DNA from: Paraspadella gotoi
Taxonomy: Eukaryota > Animalia > Chaetognatha
NCBI GenBank assembly: GCA_051294375.1
Contig: CM119267.1
Location: 12,409,081 to 12,473,080 of the forward strand
Length of the DNA stretch: 64,000 nt
Direction of reading: 5' to 3'
A program made the translations under genes and the position numbers. Below are positions 1-12,082 of the stretch, one piece after another (position 1 is the first letter of the stretch; the number at the start of each line of letters is the position of its first letter). The notes under the pieces are model-generated. The model was not told where the DNA came from. It saw nothing but the letters and a program-made list of their open reading frames with translations, and searched no databases.

Positions 1-77
1 ATTCTCACCTCACCCATTATCGCCCTCACTCGTTTATCACCTCACACATTCTCACCTCACATGTTTTTGAGTCGCAC

Positions 78-3000
78 CTTTCCGAGATCCATAAATGGTG
101 AAAGCGGGAAAATCACGTCTCCCCCGTCGGTCGGCCCGATATCGGAGTTGGGGGGCGGAAGTGGGAGGGATGGGAGGTCGATTGGGCGAACGTTTGTATA
201 CTGTATAGTTGGCTGGATCGAGTTCAAAGTTAGGCCTTGCCTGTCTGTGATTCCTGTACTTTCCATAAGTATATGAAGTTAATTTTTTTTAAATGTGAAG
301 CGCATTATTGAATATATACTTTTTAAAATATGACCGCTCAATAATATGCAAATGAGATTAAAGAACAAATTTTTCAAAATATTGGCATATAAATTAAAAT
401 CTTTACTGTCTTATCTCAACAGCAATATTTATTTATACATAAAGTTAATAACTCTTAAAATTTATATTTTTTGTATTTTTTGTATTTTTTAAAGGATATA
501 ATAATATATAATAATAATAAATAATAAATAAATAAAATAAATAAAAAATAAATAATAAATATATATATATAATAATAAATAATATGAAATTGGTACAACC
601 AATATAAAAATTATCCATTCATTTAATAAATAAGCTATCTTGCCCCTGACTTTGGACAGGTTTTGGTGGTTTAAGGCCTCCATCACTCTTACAAGATAAT
701 GACATAGCAGGTCCCTGCAAGCTTTCAAACAAGACTCTCTCACAGTCCCGTTTATTCACTCCCAGAGTACCTGGCTTCCCTATCAATGAAGTGGAAAATA
801 TTTCAAAGAATGTTTCAATTGTATATAATAATTAATATGATTAGTAATGAAAATTATTAAAGGATTTAAAGTATTATCCTTCACGTCATTCAGGAAAAAT
901 TAGTATTATTAAAATTTTAGCAAAGATCTGGGAAGATTCTAATTATAAAACTAAGAAAATGATAAAATAAAATAGTTACGGTTTTTACTAAAAAGAGGGG
1001 ACGTGCACTATAAATTATTTTAGATGATAAACAATTTCATGATTATTACAAGAAAACCTTTTATAACTATTGAGTCAACATTAGTCAACATTAGTCAATT
1101 TTTAACCAGTATTTTATGGTCTTTATTTTAACTTACCCAGATATCCAACAGAACCAAATTTATTTAAAAAATCACTACTAACTGATGCATTTAAATTAAG
1201 AGTTCTATCAATAAAAAGTATTGACTCTTTTATGGATAATTTTCATGAAGTTCAGAACAAAGAGGAGATGTCAAATTTACTCCTCAATTTTGAGGAAGGA
1301 AAAAAATCTGGATTCTTAAAATATTAAATAGGAAATCCGTAAGTTAACTTTGTTACCATTTCATCCATAATGCAAAAATTCTAACCAGAGGAGATTTTTA
1401 TATATATACTTGTCTCTTTGACGTCTGGGAAGGTTTTTGTTACTTTGTCATTTTGGTTTGAGAAAAAAAGGGAACGGTAAGCATATGCAGCTTTTCTTTA
1501 GGAAAAAACCGCTTCTGAATCTATCAATCTATGAATGCTCTTTGTCTTACATACCATTTGAAGGATTCTACCAAACATATATTTATTAGCGTGCTTATTA
1601 CCTTCAACACATTAATTTTAAAACTAAGAACCTAAAGAAAAAAACCTGTTGTTAAATTGATGGAAAACTCAATATGTAGCTTCTTACTTTGTGTCATCAA
1701 CGCTAACTAAAAGTAGATCTAGGTGCAAACAACGGCTGGAGGCAGACATAAGGAGTCTTTGTCTTTCCAAATTTGTCACAATTTATGCCACGATTTGTCA
1801 AGACGAATAAACGTTTGGACAGCTTAGATTTAGAAACTCGTTTTGTTGAATTCTTAAAATTCAGTCAGAACCCCTTTCTCGATGGGCGACCGGCCTAACA
1901 AAGAGTCTTTATGAATATGTAGATGGCGCGGCTTTAACTCACTTTGAAGTGGCGGCGTCATCTAACGAAGTTGACGAGCGTCTTGGATCTCGTGATGATT
2001 GCAAAGTTTGTCAAGCTTTGAATTAAAAGTTTCTTAAACCAACTTGCTTAGTTAATGAATAAAATTGATCTTAATAAAATAATCAAAGCATATAGATATT
2101 CTGATGTTTTTGCCATCAAGCAATCACAATATCTATATGATTAACATTGCAAGAAATCAACCAATTAATTATCTAATTAATAACAAGTAAAATGGTGAAC
2201 ATCATAATAATTAATAAGTAATAAATTAGTAATGATAACGGATTCCAGTTGAATTACTAAGTTGTGAAAAAGGTAAAAATGGTTTTCAAGTAGAACTAAA
2301 GAATCATAAGAACTAGTTTCTCTTCAGTCAGCTTATTTACTTGGGAAAAATAGGTTGTTCATTTGTTTAGTTTAAAAATAGTTTAATCGATAATAAGGAA
2401 GTTTTGAAATAGTCTTTATATCGATCTGTGATGGTTAATCAATTAGCATGGATCTGAGTGGAGGGTTAACTTCGGGTTCGAATCATATAAATGAATGACG
2501 AGAAAATTAACGAATAAAGAGTGGAGAAGAACGTTTAGCATCTGTATTAATTGTATTAATGTTTATAAAAATCCTGTAAAACTCGTTAATAACGGGCGAT
2601 AAAAAATGAACATATGTTTATCTTGGGTCTCGCCCAAATAACAACTCTGAAAAAGACAAAATATTGACAAAAGACCGGTAAATGTATTGGCCGAATTGGT
2701 GAGAACAAATTAAGGATGATAAAAATTAAGAATTTAACAGAAAAAAAAAGTAACAAAGAGTAACAAAAAATAATGGGCGAGGAATAATATTTGTTGCGGT
2801 CAGGGGCTTTATTTATTTCGGTCTTTAATATTTGTAGTCGGGCATTGCCTAGATTCACCCCGCCTAGAAATCATGACACTTTCAGTTGTGACCCGGTGCC
2901 TCATATGATAAGCCATCAGCTCATGATGGCCGTAAAGCCGCCTTGGGGGCATGGCATGGCATGGCAGCCCAGACCCGTTCCACGGCTGCTAGAGGGGATT

Positions 3001-3931
3001 ATAGAAGTTACGGGACAGTCATCTTCAGCCCACGTAGCGCCTTATCCACATATTATTCATGAATCTTAATATATTGCTTTAAATACGAGAAATAAAACAG
3101 AACTAAAATTCGATTCGCAATTGAAGATTTTTTAAAAAATTTTAAAATCTGCAGTGGATCCCGAATATTTTTTCGGAAATTATTATTGTGAAATCAAATA
3201 AAACTACATTAAGTAAAGGAATCACCGACAGGCAACATATTTTGAAAAATTATATGTGCATATGATCCGCCCTACTGTTTATTGGTTCTATTGGTTGTAC
3301 TAATTTCATATATATTATGGTGGACTAAAATCCACCAACCGTTCATCAGCGGCCATTGGTGCCGGAGGCAAGCCCTTCGCCTCCCAACCCAAAGGTCCGG
3401 GGTTCTAGCCCGGTGGTCGTCTGGCAGTTAAGAGGGACGGGGCGCTTAACCCGCCTGTAACATGGTGTTACAGCCTGATCCGAAGCTCAGGGACTGCTTA
3501 CATTGAACGGTTCTGTCATTAACACATCAATAATTACTCTCTCTTCAATATATTATAAAAAGTTTACACAGTTGACACAATCCGCCATCGACACCTCATC
3601 CGTCCTCAACACGTCCTCCTCTTACCCTTCCTCGTTTTCCCTCCCTGGCGCCGCAAAGGTGAGCTTTTATGTCTTGGGAGAACACGACATCAAATTTGGA
3701 TCCATAAATGTGTAAAATCGCTACCATTTCACTCTCTCTCTCTCTCTCTCTCTTATATATGCGTCACCAGACTTACTGCTCTTCCTTCCGAATTCGACCT
3801 GTCGCTGACCTAAGCTTCATCACCTTCATTGTTCCTAACCTCCGAACTTCCTGCCAGAAGCCATTGTCTTCGTCGTCGGCGTCTTCATCGTTTTCATCGT
3901 CGTTGTCATCTTCGAATTGAACACTTTTGAC
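78..3931 (-). CDS. Candidate exons of an unidentified gene (3931-3777, 3672-3626, ~244-78)
   Basis: GC-rich segments with AG/GT boundaries that join in phase: VKSVQFEDDNDDENDEDADDEDNGFWQEVRRLGTMKVMKLRSATGRIRKEE-QHKSSPLRRQGGKTRK-DRQGLTLNSIQPTIQY...LPLPPPNSD. No homology recognised. Confidence 0.3.
582..3311. mobile_element. Possible 2.7-kb TIR element with decayed coding remnants
   Basis: Inverted repeats ATATGAAATT(G/A)GTACAACCAATA at 582-604 and 3289-3311 (22/23 match). The left ~240 bp recurs at 18637-18836. Stop-interrupted reading frames at 1140-2025 have no recognisable motif. Confidence 0.35.
3313..3547 (+). mobile_element. Solo LTR, family 1 (tRNA-like 3349-3420, twister 3424-3497)
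   Basis: ~235 bp repeat also found at 11601, 18388(-), 25907, 29813, 32056 and 43592. Flanked by ATATA/ATATA (possible TSD, but low complexity). B-box-like GGTTCTAGCCC at 3401-3411. Confidence 0.8.
3424..3497 (+). ncRNA. Twister ribozyme, type P5, family 1 LTR
   Basis: GCAGT-taa-GAGG-GA-CGGG-gcgct-U^AA-CCC-GCC-[TGTAACA tgg TGTTACA]-G-CCTGA-TCCGAAGC-TCAGG-g-ACTGC. T1 pseudoknot CGG/CCG. Predicted cut 3447/3448. Confidence 0.8.
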
Positions 3932-4156
3932 CTGGCAACAGAAGGGCTCTTTCTCTTCCTCTGGTTAAACAAAGAATGGTTAAACAATCGTTAAACAATG
4001 GTTTTAAACATATGAGTTCCGTTGGTTGAGCTTTCGTTGCAATTTTTATCGGCGTTTGATTTGGTCCTCATGATTTTTTTGTCAAGTCATCAAATTTGTG
4101 TTTTTCTGGTTGGGCCCTCGGCATTTTCCAATAAAATAGAATAAAATGCAATGGCT

Positions 4157-4191
<35 letters not shown>

Positions 4192-5639
4192 AAATGACAT
4201 GAAAGAAGTAAATTCGACAGACATCACAAAGACAAAAGATGAAAGAAATAACAATTTAACAAACTGGAATCTAATTTATTGACATTAAAATATAGTTTTC
4301 ATAACTAAAAATAACCACAACAAAAAGGAAACCGTATAAAATTTTTCGGGAATCGAATCGGCTGGAACCGGATAAGAAAAAAAATCGGCGTCAAAGATTC
4401 CTCCGGGGAGATGGAATTTCTTTTTTTTTTTCGGCGTCAAATATGCAAATGAGAATCTGAGAAAAAAGAGAAAGAAAAGGGGGCGTTAATTAATGAAGCG
4501 ATGGTCGACGGACGTCTTTGGGGAATATTTCCTCTCTCGATGGATTTCCGATGGAAGTAATAGTAATGAAGTTAAAAAAAAAGGAAAATAGAGAAAAGCG
4601 GAAATGAACGAGTTTGAACAAACATTTCCGGATCTGCTCACTATCATTCAGCGGTAAGAAGCTAATCAGATGATATGTTATGATTAATCTTATCCTTTTT
4701 TTACTTAATACAATTTACTATCAAAGTTGTAGTTTTTTTAAATCCGTAATTTCATATAAAATGAAAAAAAAAAAAAAATACCGAGTAGAATATCATTTTT
4801 GTTTTTTCCATTTAAACCTATTTTCAATTGGAAGATTCCATCGAAACTTGATTTCCATCTTAATCATACACTTTTTCACTTGCATACAAAATTTAAAGTC
4901 AATAACCAGATCCACTCATAAGTAGCGTTCAAAGCTTAAAAGGTGACAGACAAACGGACGGAAGGACATCACTTTTGTTCACATGATTTTGTTTTGTTTT
5001 GTTTTGTTCTGAGATGATTTAATATTGTGGGGTGGGACAGTGAGGCCGACAAAATGTATTATAGAGTCGGAATACGCGATAATCAGATCCGGCTAAAATG
5101 TCTTAAGTATGAAATCTTGGGACAGTACCGATTATTTATAAAAGTAACAGAAGAGCCACCAAGGGCGTACGTGGGACACACAGATCGACCAAAAAGTGAC
5201 TTTTATTGAGTAGCTTCGCGAGTACTCGCGGGGCTACTAAAAAGAGAAGAGAAAATTGCGAGAGAGCAAGTTGGCGATTTGCCTGAAAAATAATTAAGGT
5301 GGCCTGGAAATGATGCTAGATGGTATTTTCGACGTTAATGGATTTTTCATATTCGCATTCCTTTCGCGTCAATCATAATTTTTTTTTTGGCCAGAAATTG
5401 TGGAACCAATTTTTTTATGCCCCCCTTCCATAGTCTCTCTCTCTCTCTCCCCAAACATATAAAATCCGCTCAGCCCGGATGAACAGAAAATTAAGTGCTA
5501 AAATTGACAACTGACGAAATTCAATTGACAAACGGACAAATGGATAAAGGGAGAAGAGACTCACAACTCGCGTGATGCCACTTAAAACTTGAAAAGGAAA
5601 TTCGGCTCCTGTCGACGACGATTGACGAAGATTGAGTCG

Positions 5640-5990
5640 TCCTTCAGAAATATCAAAGATGGCGAGAAGATTTAGCTAAATCTAAAATAGTGATGAGACT
5701 CGGCTAAATCAAAGACATTGATGGGATTTGACTAAATCAAAGATTGTGAAAAGATTCTGCTGAATTCCGCTAAATTAAAAATGGTGATGAGATTCGACTA
5801 AATTAAAGAGGCTGCTGACATTCGGTAAATATAGAGACGTTAAAGAAATTCAGCTAAATGAGAATTTAAATTTGTCCGAATAAAAGATAGAGAATCAAAG
5901 ATAGGATCAATTTTCAGTTAAATATGTCGTTGAGATTTCGATGAGATCAGTCAAAAGATGGCGAGAATCAAAGATTGGGTAAAATCTAAT
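5640..5990. repeat. Degenerate ~28-30 bp tandem repeat (consensus-like GCTAAATCAAAGATGGTGATGAGATTCG)
   Basis: Recurring CTAAAT..AAAGAT..GAGATT units. Confidence 0.55.
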
Positions 5991-6202
5991 CAAAAAAACC
6001 TAACTGACCGACCGATTTTAGGTTATTTCAATAGAGTCTCGCCCACAACCGCGACAGAGAGGCGTCGCTCTCTCTCTAGTCGCTTCGCAGGTGAGACGAA
6101 GCTCAGAGTCTGATTCGACCAACGAACGCGTAAACACGAAAACCCGAGGGATAAGAGTTAAAAAAAAATCTGAGGCAAGAATTGAATCAAAATAGATGCC
6201 CC

Positions 6203-6251
<49 letters not shown>

Positions 6252-7084
6252 CTAACCATTTTTTTTCTCATCCACCTTAATTTTATATGTTTCTCTGCGC
6301 GTCGTTCTAAATTTTTTTGCTCACGGCAGTTCGCACATAATTATCAGTGAAAAAGAGAGAGAGAGAGAGGGCTCTAAATGGAGAGGTTATAAACGCTGAG
6401 CCGAAGAGGATATTTCACGGACAGATTATGAATCAAATGGGAGAAAAAATGGAGAGAATTTTTTTTATTTTTCTCTAACGAAAATGGAACTAAATAAAAG
6501 TTAAATGTAGTAAAGCAGTACCACCGACCGGAGTGAGAGAGATAGATAGATAGAAAATAAATAGAGTGCGAGAAAGAGAGAGAGAGATAGAGAGAGAGCG
6601 AGAGAGAGAGAGAGAAAGAGAAAGAGAAAGAGAGAGAGAGAGAGGAAGGTAGAAGGGATAGAGAGAAGGGATATAAAAGACAATTAATTAATAGAGAGGG
6701 AGAGAGGCAACTTGTATCACAAGAATTGGGGAGAGAGAGAGAGAGACAGAGAGAGGAAGGAAATGACCGAAAAAAGGATAAAGAGGGTAAGAAAGAAAAA
6801 GATAGAGACAATAAAAAGAGAGAGAGTAGAGAAAAGAATATCTTTACGAAAACCAAATAAAAATAATGTTAGGTAAGAAACGAGCAAATATATACATGTA
6901 AAAATAAGTTTGAGCAAAAACTGTCGGATCTGCCTACGATAATTAAGCGGTAATATGCTAATCCGTGTGATCAGCTCATAAAAAATTGTAACATAACAAA
7001 TCATAACAGACTTTTTAATAAATGTATGAAAAAATCTATGAATCAATTGATCTATTAATCATTACCAGTAGCTGCGCCAATACC

Positions 7085-7382
7085 AACTTGCATGATTTGG
7101 TCGACTTGCATAATTTTGTAATTTTGCATAATTTGGTCAACTGTCATAATTTGGTCAACAAGCATAATTTGGTCAACTGGCTTAATATGGTAAACTGGCA
7201 TAATATGGTAAACTGGCATAATTTTGTCTACTGGCATAATTTGGTCAACTGATATAATTTTTTCCACTTACATAATTTGGTCAACTTACAAAATGTGGTC
7301 AACTGGCATAATTTGATCAACTGGCATAATTTGGTCACTTGAATAATTTGGTCAACTGGCATAATTTTGTCACCTGGCATAA
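7085..7382. repeat. 18-bp minisatellite (GGCATAATTTGGTCAACT)n
   Basis: About 16 degenerate head-to-tail units with no unique spacers. Confidence 0.9.
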
Positions 7383-7583
7383 ATTGCTCCATAAATTAAT
7401 CAATAAAATCAATCAGGGAGAGAGAGAGACTAACTTTTATAAATTCAAATAAATGTCTTTTGGTTTTCTAATTTAAACTGTTTTCCACTCCTACGATTCC
7501 ATTAAAATTTTATATCCAGCTTAAACACATTTTTTCCTAGTTCCTACCCACACACAAAATTTCATTTTAATTTATTAATCCAA

Positions 7584-8525
7584 TTTTTAGTCGGATCTGC
7601 TAATCGCAGATTCCGACTCTATAATTCACTTTGTCGGTCCATCGGTCCACTCCCCCAAATATTATCGGTAAATCATTTTGATTATATATCAGAACATCGA
7701 ATTATGATAAATTATGCAAAAAAAACGATGTCCGTCCATCCGTCTATCCATCCGTCCGTCTGTCCTTCCGTCCCCCCTAGCAAAAAACTCCCATTACTCG
7801 TGATTGGATGGTTGGATTGGAATGAAATTTTGTGTGCTGGTAGGAAAGTGTGTGATTGAGTAGATAGAATTGTGCGAGTGGAAATGAGTTTAAATGGAAA
7901 AAACATAAGTCACATTTACTTGAATATTTTTACTAATTTTAACCCATAATTACTTGAATTAGGCATAATTGGATATATAGATTGAGATGAAATTTTGTGT
8001 GTGGATAGGAAAGTAGGATATATAAAGTTTTGATGGAATCGAGGACTGGTAATAAGCTTGCATGGCAAAAACCGAAGTCAAGATGACTTTAATTTTTATT
8101 ATTTTTACTTACTCAAATGTTTTAATTAAATATAATTAAATTAATTAAATAATTAATTAATTAATTAAGTGAAAATGATGCAATTTGAAAAAAATGATGC
8201 AAGTTAAAAAATTACGCAAGTTGACAAAATGGAGCAAGTTAAAAAAAAGATGCATGATGAAAAAATGATGAAAGTTTAAAAAATGATGCTGAAAAAATAA
8301 AAATAGGTAAACAAATTATTCTACTTTGTTTATAATTATTTCTACCATACTAACAGTTCAGTTTAATCCCTTGCAAGCGATTTACATGTATTAGTGAGTT
8401 AAGGTACAATCTGTTATGATCAGTTAGGTTCACAAATTGAAAAAATTATCGTGATTTATCATCTGATTAGCTGATTACCACTTATTTATCGTAGGCAGAT
8501 CTGACATTGTTTGCTCAAACTTGTT
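7584..8525 (+). mobile_element. HINE/DINE-1-like element, full length (related fragments at 4770-5060, 6905-7050, 8527-8900, 9940-10326)
   Basis: Same 5' inverted repeat, GTCC microsatellite, AAAATGATGCAAGTTG minisatellite and 3' GCAGATCYGACATTGTTTGCTCAAACTTGTT. Confidence 0.75.
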
Positions 8526-11500
8526 AATAATTATAATAATTATGAGTAAATATAAGTAAAAATACTTCAAGTAAATATAACTTTTGTTTTTTCCATTTAA
8601 ACTCATTTCCACTTGCACGATTCCAACGAAACTTTATATCCAGCTCAATCACACACTTTCCTACCCACACACAAAATTTCATTCCAATCCATCCAATCAT
8701 GAGTAATTGGAGATTAATGCTCAGGGGGGACGAACAGACGGACGGAAGGACAAACGGACAGACAGACAGTTGGACGGATGGACGGATAGACATAATTTTT
8801 TTTGCATAATTTAATTCGATGTTCTGATATGAAAACAATTATTTACCGACAAGATTTTGGGGTGGGACCGACGGACCGACAGCAGATTCCGACTAAAAAA
8901 CTATAAGCGAATAAAAAAAGGTTAAAAGGAGAAGAAAAGAAGAAAAGAAGCGACGGCGAGGCATCCGCTTTCCGCTCATAAGAAAAAACCGAAATTCTTA
9001 TTGGAATTCGATGAGGGAATTTCGGCAGAAGAAGAAGAAAGGGTGGAGTTGAGGCAGTGGTAGGGGGAGGGGAATGGGAAGGAGAGGTCGAGGGGGAGCA
9101 AAGCCAAATGTGGAGCAAAAGGAAAAACAAAGAGAGGAGCGGTTCTGGAGGTTTTTTGATAAAAGAAAAAAAATTAGGAAAGGGAAAATGGATATAGGAG
9201 CTTTTAAAGTTTTTGAATATAAAATAAAAAAATAAACAATAAAGATAAATAATTTTACTACTAGATTGATTTTGGTTTATGAGTTCTTTTGCTTTTACTT
9301 CACATAATGTCAAACAATCATCGGCACTTTTTTACATCGATGACCCCTTGCTGCGGCTCCTGAAGCAGCAGATTAAATTACTCGAACAAAATTTATCTCT
9401 TTTGCTGCTTCCATCGTTGCTTTATGCGTCACTTCTTTCCTCGTCGCTCTCACCGTCGCAACTGCTTCCTCCATTGTTCAAATTATCAACAAATTATTAA
9501 CAAACCAGAATTTTGTTGTTGTAAAAGTAGCGTAGGAAAAGACAACCCTAGTCACTAACCTTAATCCCTAACCCTAATCCTAATATATATCCCCTAAACT
9601 AACCTTATCCCTAATCAAAACCCTAAACAATTAATCCATCTTTCAAATTGTCGATCCCGATCCTGACTCATCCACCCAGAGAGAGAGAGAGAGAGTGAGA
9701 TTCGCTGCTCCGTCAGACGGCAAGAGGGCATCGAAGAGCATTTCGCCGATAATTTAGCGGTAAGCTGCTTATCAGATAGGATGTCCGGTGAATGTGAGAA
9801 GAAAATTTATAAATAAATAAATAGAGAGAGAAACATAACTCATCATAACATTATAAATCATAACATATTTATTAATCAATAATTTAACCGAATCAATCAA
9901 TCAATCAATCAATCAGAGAGAAATAGAGAGAGAGAGAAACTTTTAAAAATTCAAATAAATGTGTCTTTCGGTTTTTAATTTAAACTCTTTTCCACTCCTA
10001 CGATTCCATCAAAAATTTATATACAGCTTGAGTCCATACTTTCCTACCCACGCACAAAATTTCAATTTAAGAATCCAATTTTTAATAACTATAATAATTA
10101 TGAGAAAATATAAGTAAAAAAACTTTATGTAAATGAGACTTTTGTTTTTTCCATTTAAACTCATTTCCACTTGCACGATTCCATCGAAACTTGATATTTA
10201 GCTCAGTCACACACTTCCCTACCCACACACAAAAATTTTATTCAAATCGATCGATCCAATCACGAGTAATTGGAGTTTAATGGTAAGGCGGGATGGACCA
10301 ATGGTGATAAGTAGATCCGACTAAAAATTCAATGCAATTTATAATTTGTGAGCGTGTCCTTAAGAGAAAACAATAAACATGGGTGCTGGAGTCTGGAGAA
10401 GAGGAGAGCGTAGTAAAAAACTCACCAAAAAAAAAAGAAAAGAAGGTAAAGGTCGAAAGCTTTAGTTGGAATTAAAGAATGCACTTATCTAACAGGGAAA
10501 AATGAAAATTGGGTTCACTGAGAAAAAAAAAGGACCAGGGCGTATGGGAAATGGGAAGAGGATGGGGTGATGGGAAAAGGTTTGGGATAGGAAAATGGGA
10601 AAAGTTTGGTATGGGAAAAAGGCTGGGATGGGGACTTGATAGAAAACCTTGGAGATGATGAAATACGTAGCAAAGAAAAGCCAGCGTTTGGTTCTCGAAG
10701 AATGAAATGTGACCAACTAAAAACAAGCGCTACAGTGATTAAAAAATGAAATTGGTACAACCAAGAAAATAATTGCTCTTTAATGATAATGAAGCGCTTC
10801 TTAACGCGCGACCTAGATAATCCGAGATTATCGCAAATAAAACAAATCTAAGTTTCATCTCTATTCTTCTAGAGTGCCCTAATTTGTGCCCTAATTAATT
10901 ATTGAATTCAAATCCGTGTTCAACTGCTCTCAAATAAGTATTTTTGGAAACCAAACAGTTCTAACATGTAAAACACCTTAACTATAACCTTATATTCTTA
11001 GAACCATGTAATAAAGCAGAAACAGTAACCACATTTTGAGATAATGCAATTTCCAATCTCAGGTACAAATATTCATGGTAAGTAGACAAATAAGTAAGGA
11101 ACCAAGGCAATGGTGAATGTATGGTAGTAGAAGGACAAGTTTGCAAGAAGGAGGTAGGAGGAGTTCAAGGTAAAACTACAAAAAAAAGACAATGCTAAAT
11201 TAGTATTAAATAAACCTTAAACTTAAAAGTAACATATATAACCTAAGTACAATTCAATATAAATCCAATGTAAACTAACCTTCAATTTGGGTTCCAGAAT
11301 AGAGAATAAAACATTGGCAGCTTTAGCACAAAACATTATTTAAAGTATTTTCCTTTTCATTTTTACACACGTGTTTTGAATTGAGAGTAAAAGTCTTGTG
11401 AAAGATTAACCTGAAACACGCTCGTTAGTTAGCTCTCGTAACAGCTGATCGCGGGGAAGAGTAAATTCAGATATTCAACGGAAACAAATGATTCTATCGA

Positions 11501-11600
11501 TCTAAACGAAACTAAACAATTATAAAAAGGCCTCGCTTTCTCCAGATAAAGTAATGACATTTTTACAACCAATATAATAATAGCTGGAATGACTAAGAAA

Positions 11601-12082
11601 TTATGGTGGACTAAAATCCACCAACCGTTCATCAACGGCCATTGGTGCCGTTGATGCCGTTGATGCCGTTGATGCCGTTGATGCCGGAGGCACCAAAGGT
11701 CCGGGGTTCTAGCCCGGTGGTCGCCTCGCAGTAAAGAGGGACGGGGCGCTTAACCCGCCTGTAATATGGTGTTACAGCCTGATCCAAAGCTCAAGGACTG
11801 CTTTTATTGAACGGTTCTGTCATTAACATATATCAATAATTACTCTTTCTTCATTGGTAAGCCCGACTTCCAAACACAACAGCAACAACAACACTTTCAG
11901 GCGACATGCCTCAACCTGGTGATGCACTTTCCACCAACAACACATAAAGGCGACATGCCTCAACTTGGTGACAAACATTCCACCAACAACAACAATTCAC
12001 TGAAGAGCCTGATCCGAAGCTCAGGGACCGCTTATTTGAATGGTTCTGTCATTAACACATATCAATAATTACTGTCTCTTCA
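11601..12082 (+). mobile_element. TRIM-like element, family 1: 5' LTR, PBS, short internal region, 5'-truncated 3' LTR
   Basis: LTR 11601-11853 ends CTTCA and is followed by TGGTAAGCCCGAC (11855-11867). Internal region has two GGCGACATGCCTCAAC repeats. The LTR 3' part recurs at ~12007-12082. Confidence 0.8.

Noticed and set aside
3300-3350. Hammerhead core CTGATGA on the minus strand of the family 1 LTR, with GAAA downstream
   Set aside because: No stem II or stem III pairing, and the GAAA lies in flanking DNA outside the LTR. The twister on the other strand explains the conservation.
3349-3420. Functional tRNA gene (Gly-like CTCCCAA loop)
   Set aside because: Acceptor-like and T-like stems are present but the D and anticodon arms do not pair canonically. 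It is always embedded in the repeat, so it is treated as tRNA-derived.
6374-6856. Leu/Ser-rich 160-aa ORF and similar ORFs (16516, 60179, 14067)
   Set aside because: Translations of (CT)n or (GTCT)n microsatellites.
7022-7382. CRISPR-like array, or repeat-protein ORFs (7022..7252, 7055..7267)
   Set aside because: Head-to-tail 18-bp minisatellite without unique spacers, in a eukaryotic context with no cas genes. The ORFs follow from the unit length being a multiple of 3.
9255-9490. Coding-looking minus-strand frame with in-frame TAA codons, suggesting stop-codon reassignment
   Set aside because: The ~1,600-codon SAMD9-like gene has no internal TAA in its corrected frame and ends with TAA. 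More likely chance or a decayed exon.
9545-9628. Telomere-like CCCTAA repeats
   Set aside because: Short, degenerate and interstitial; no evidence of a chromosome end or fusion.
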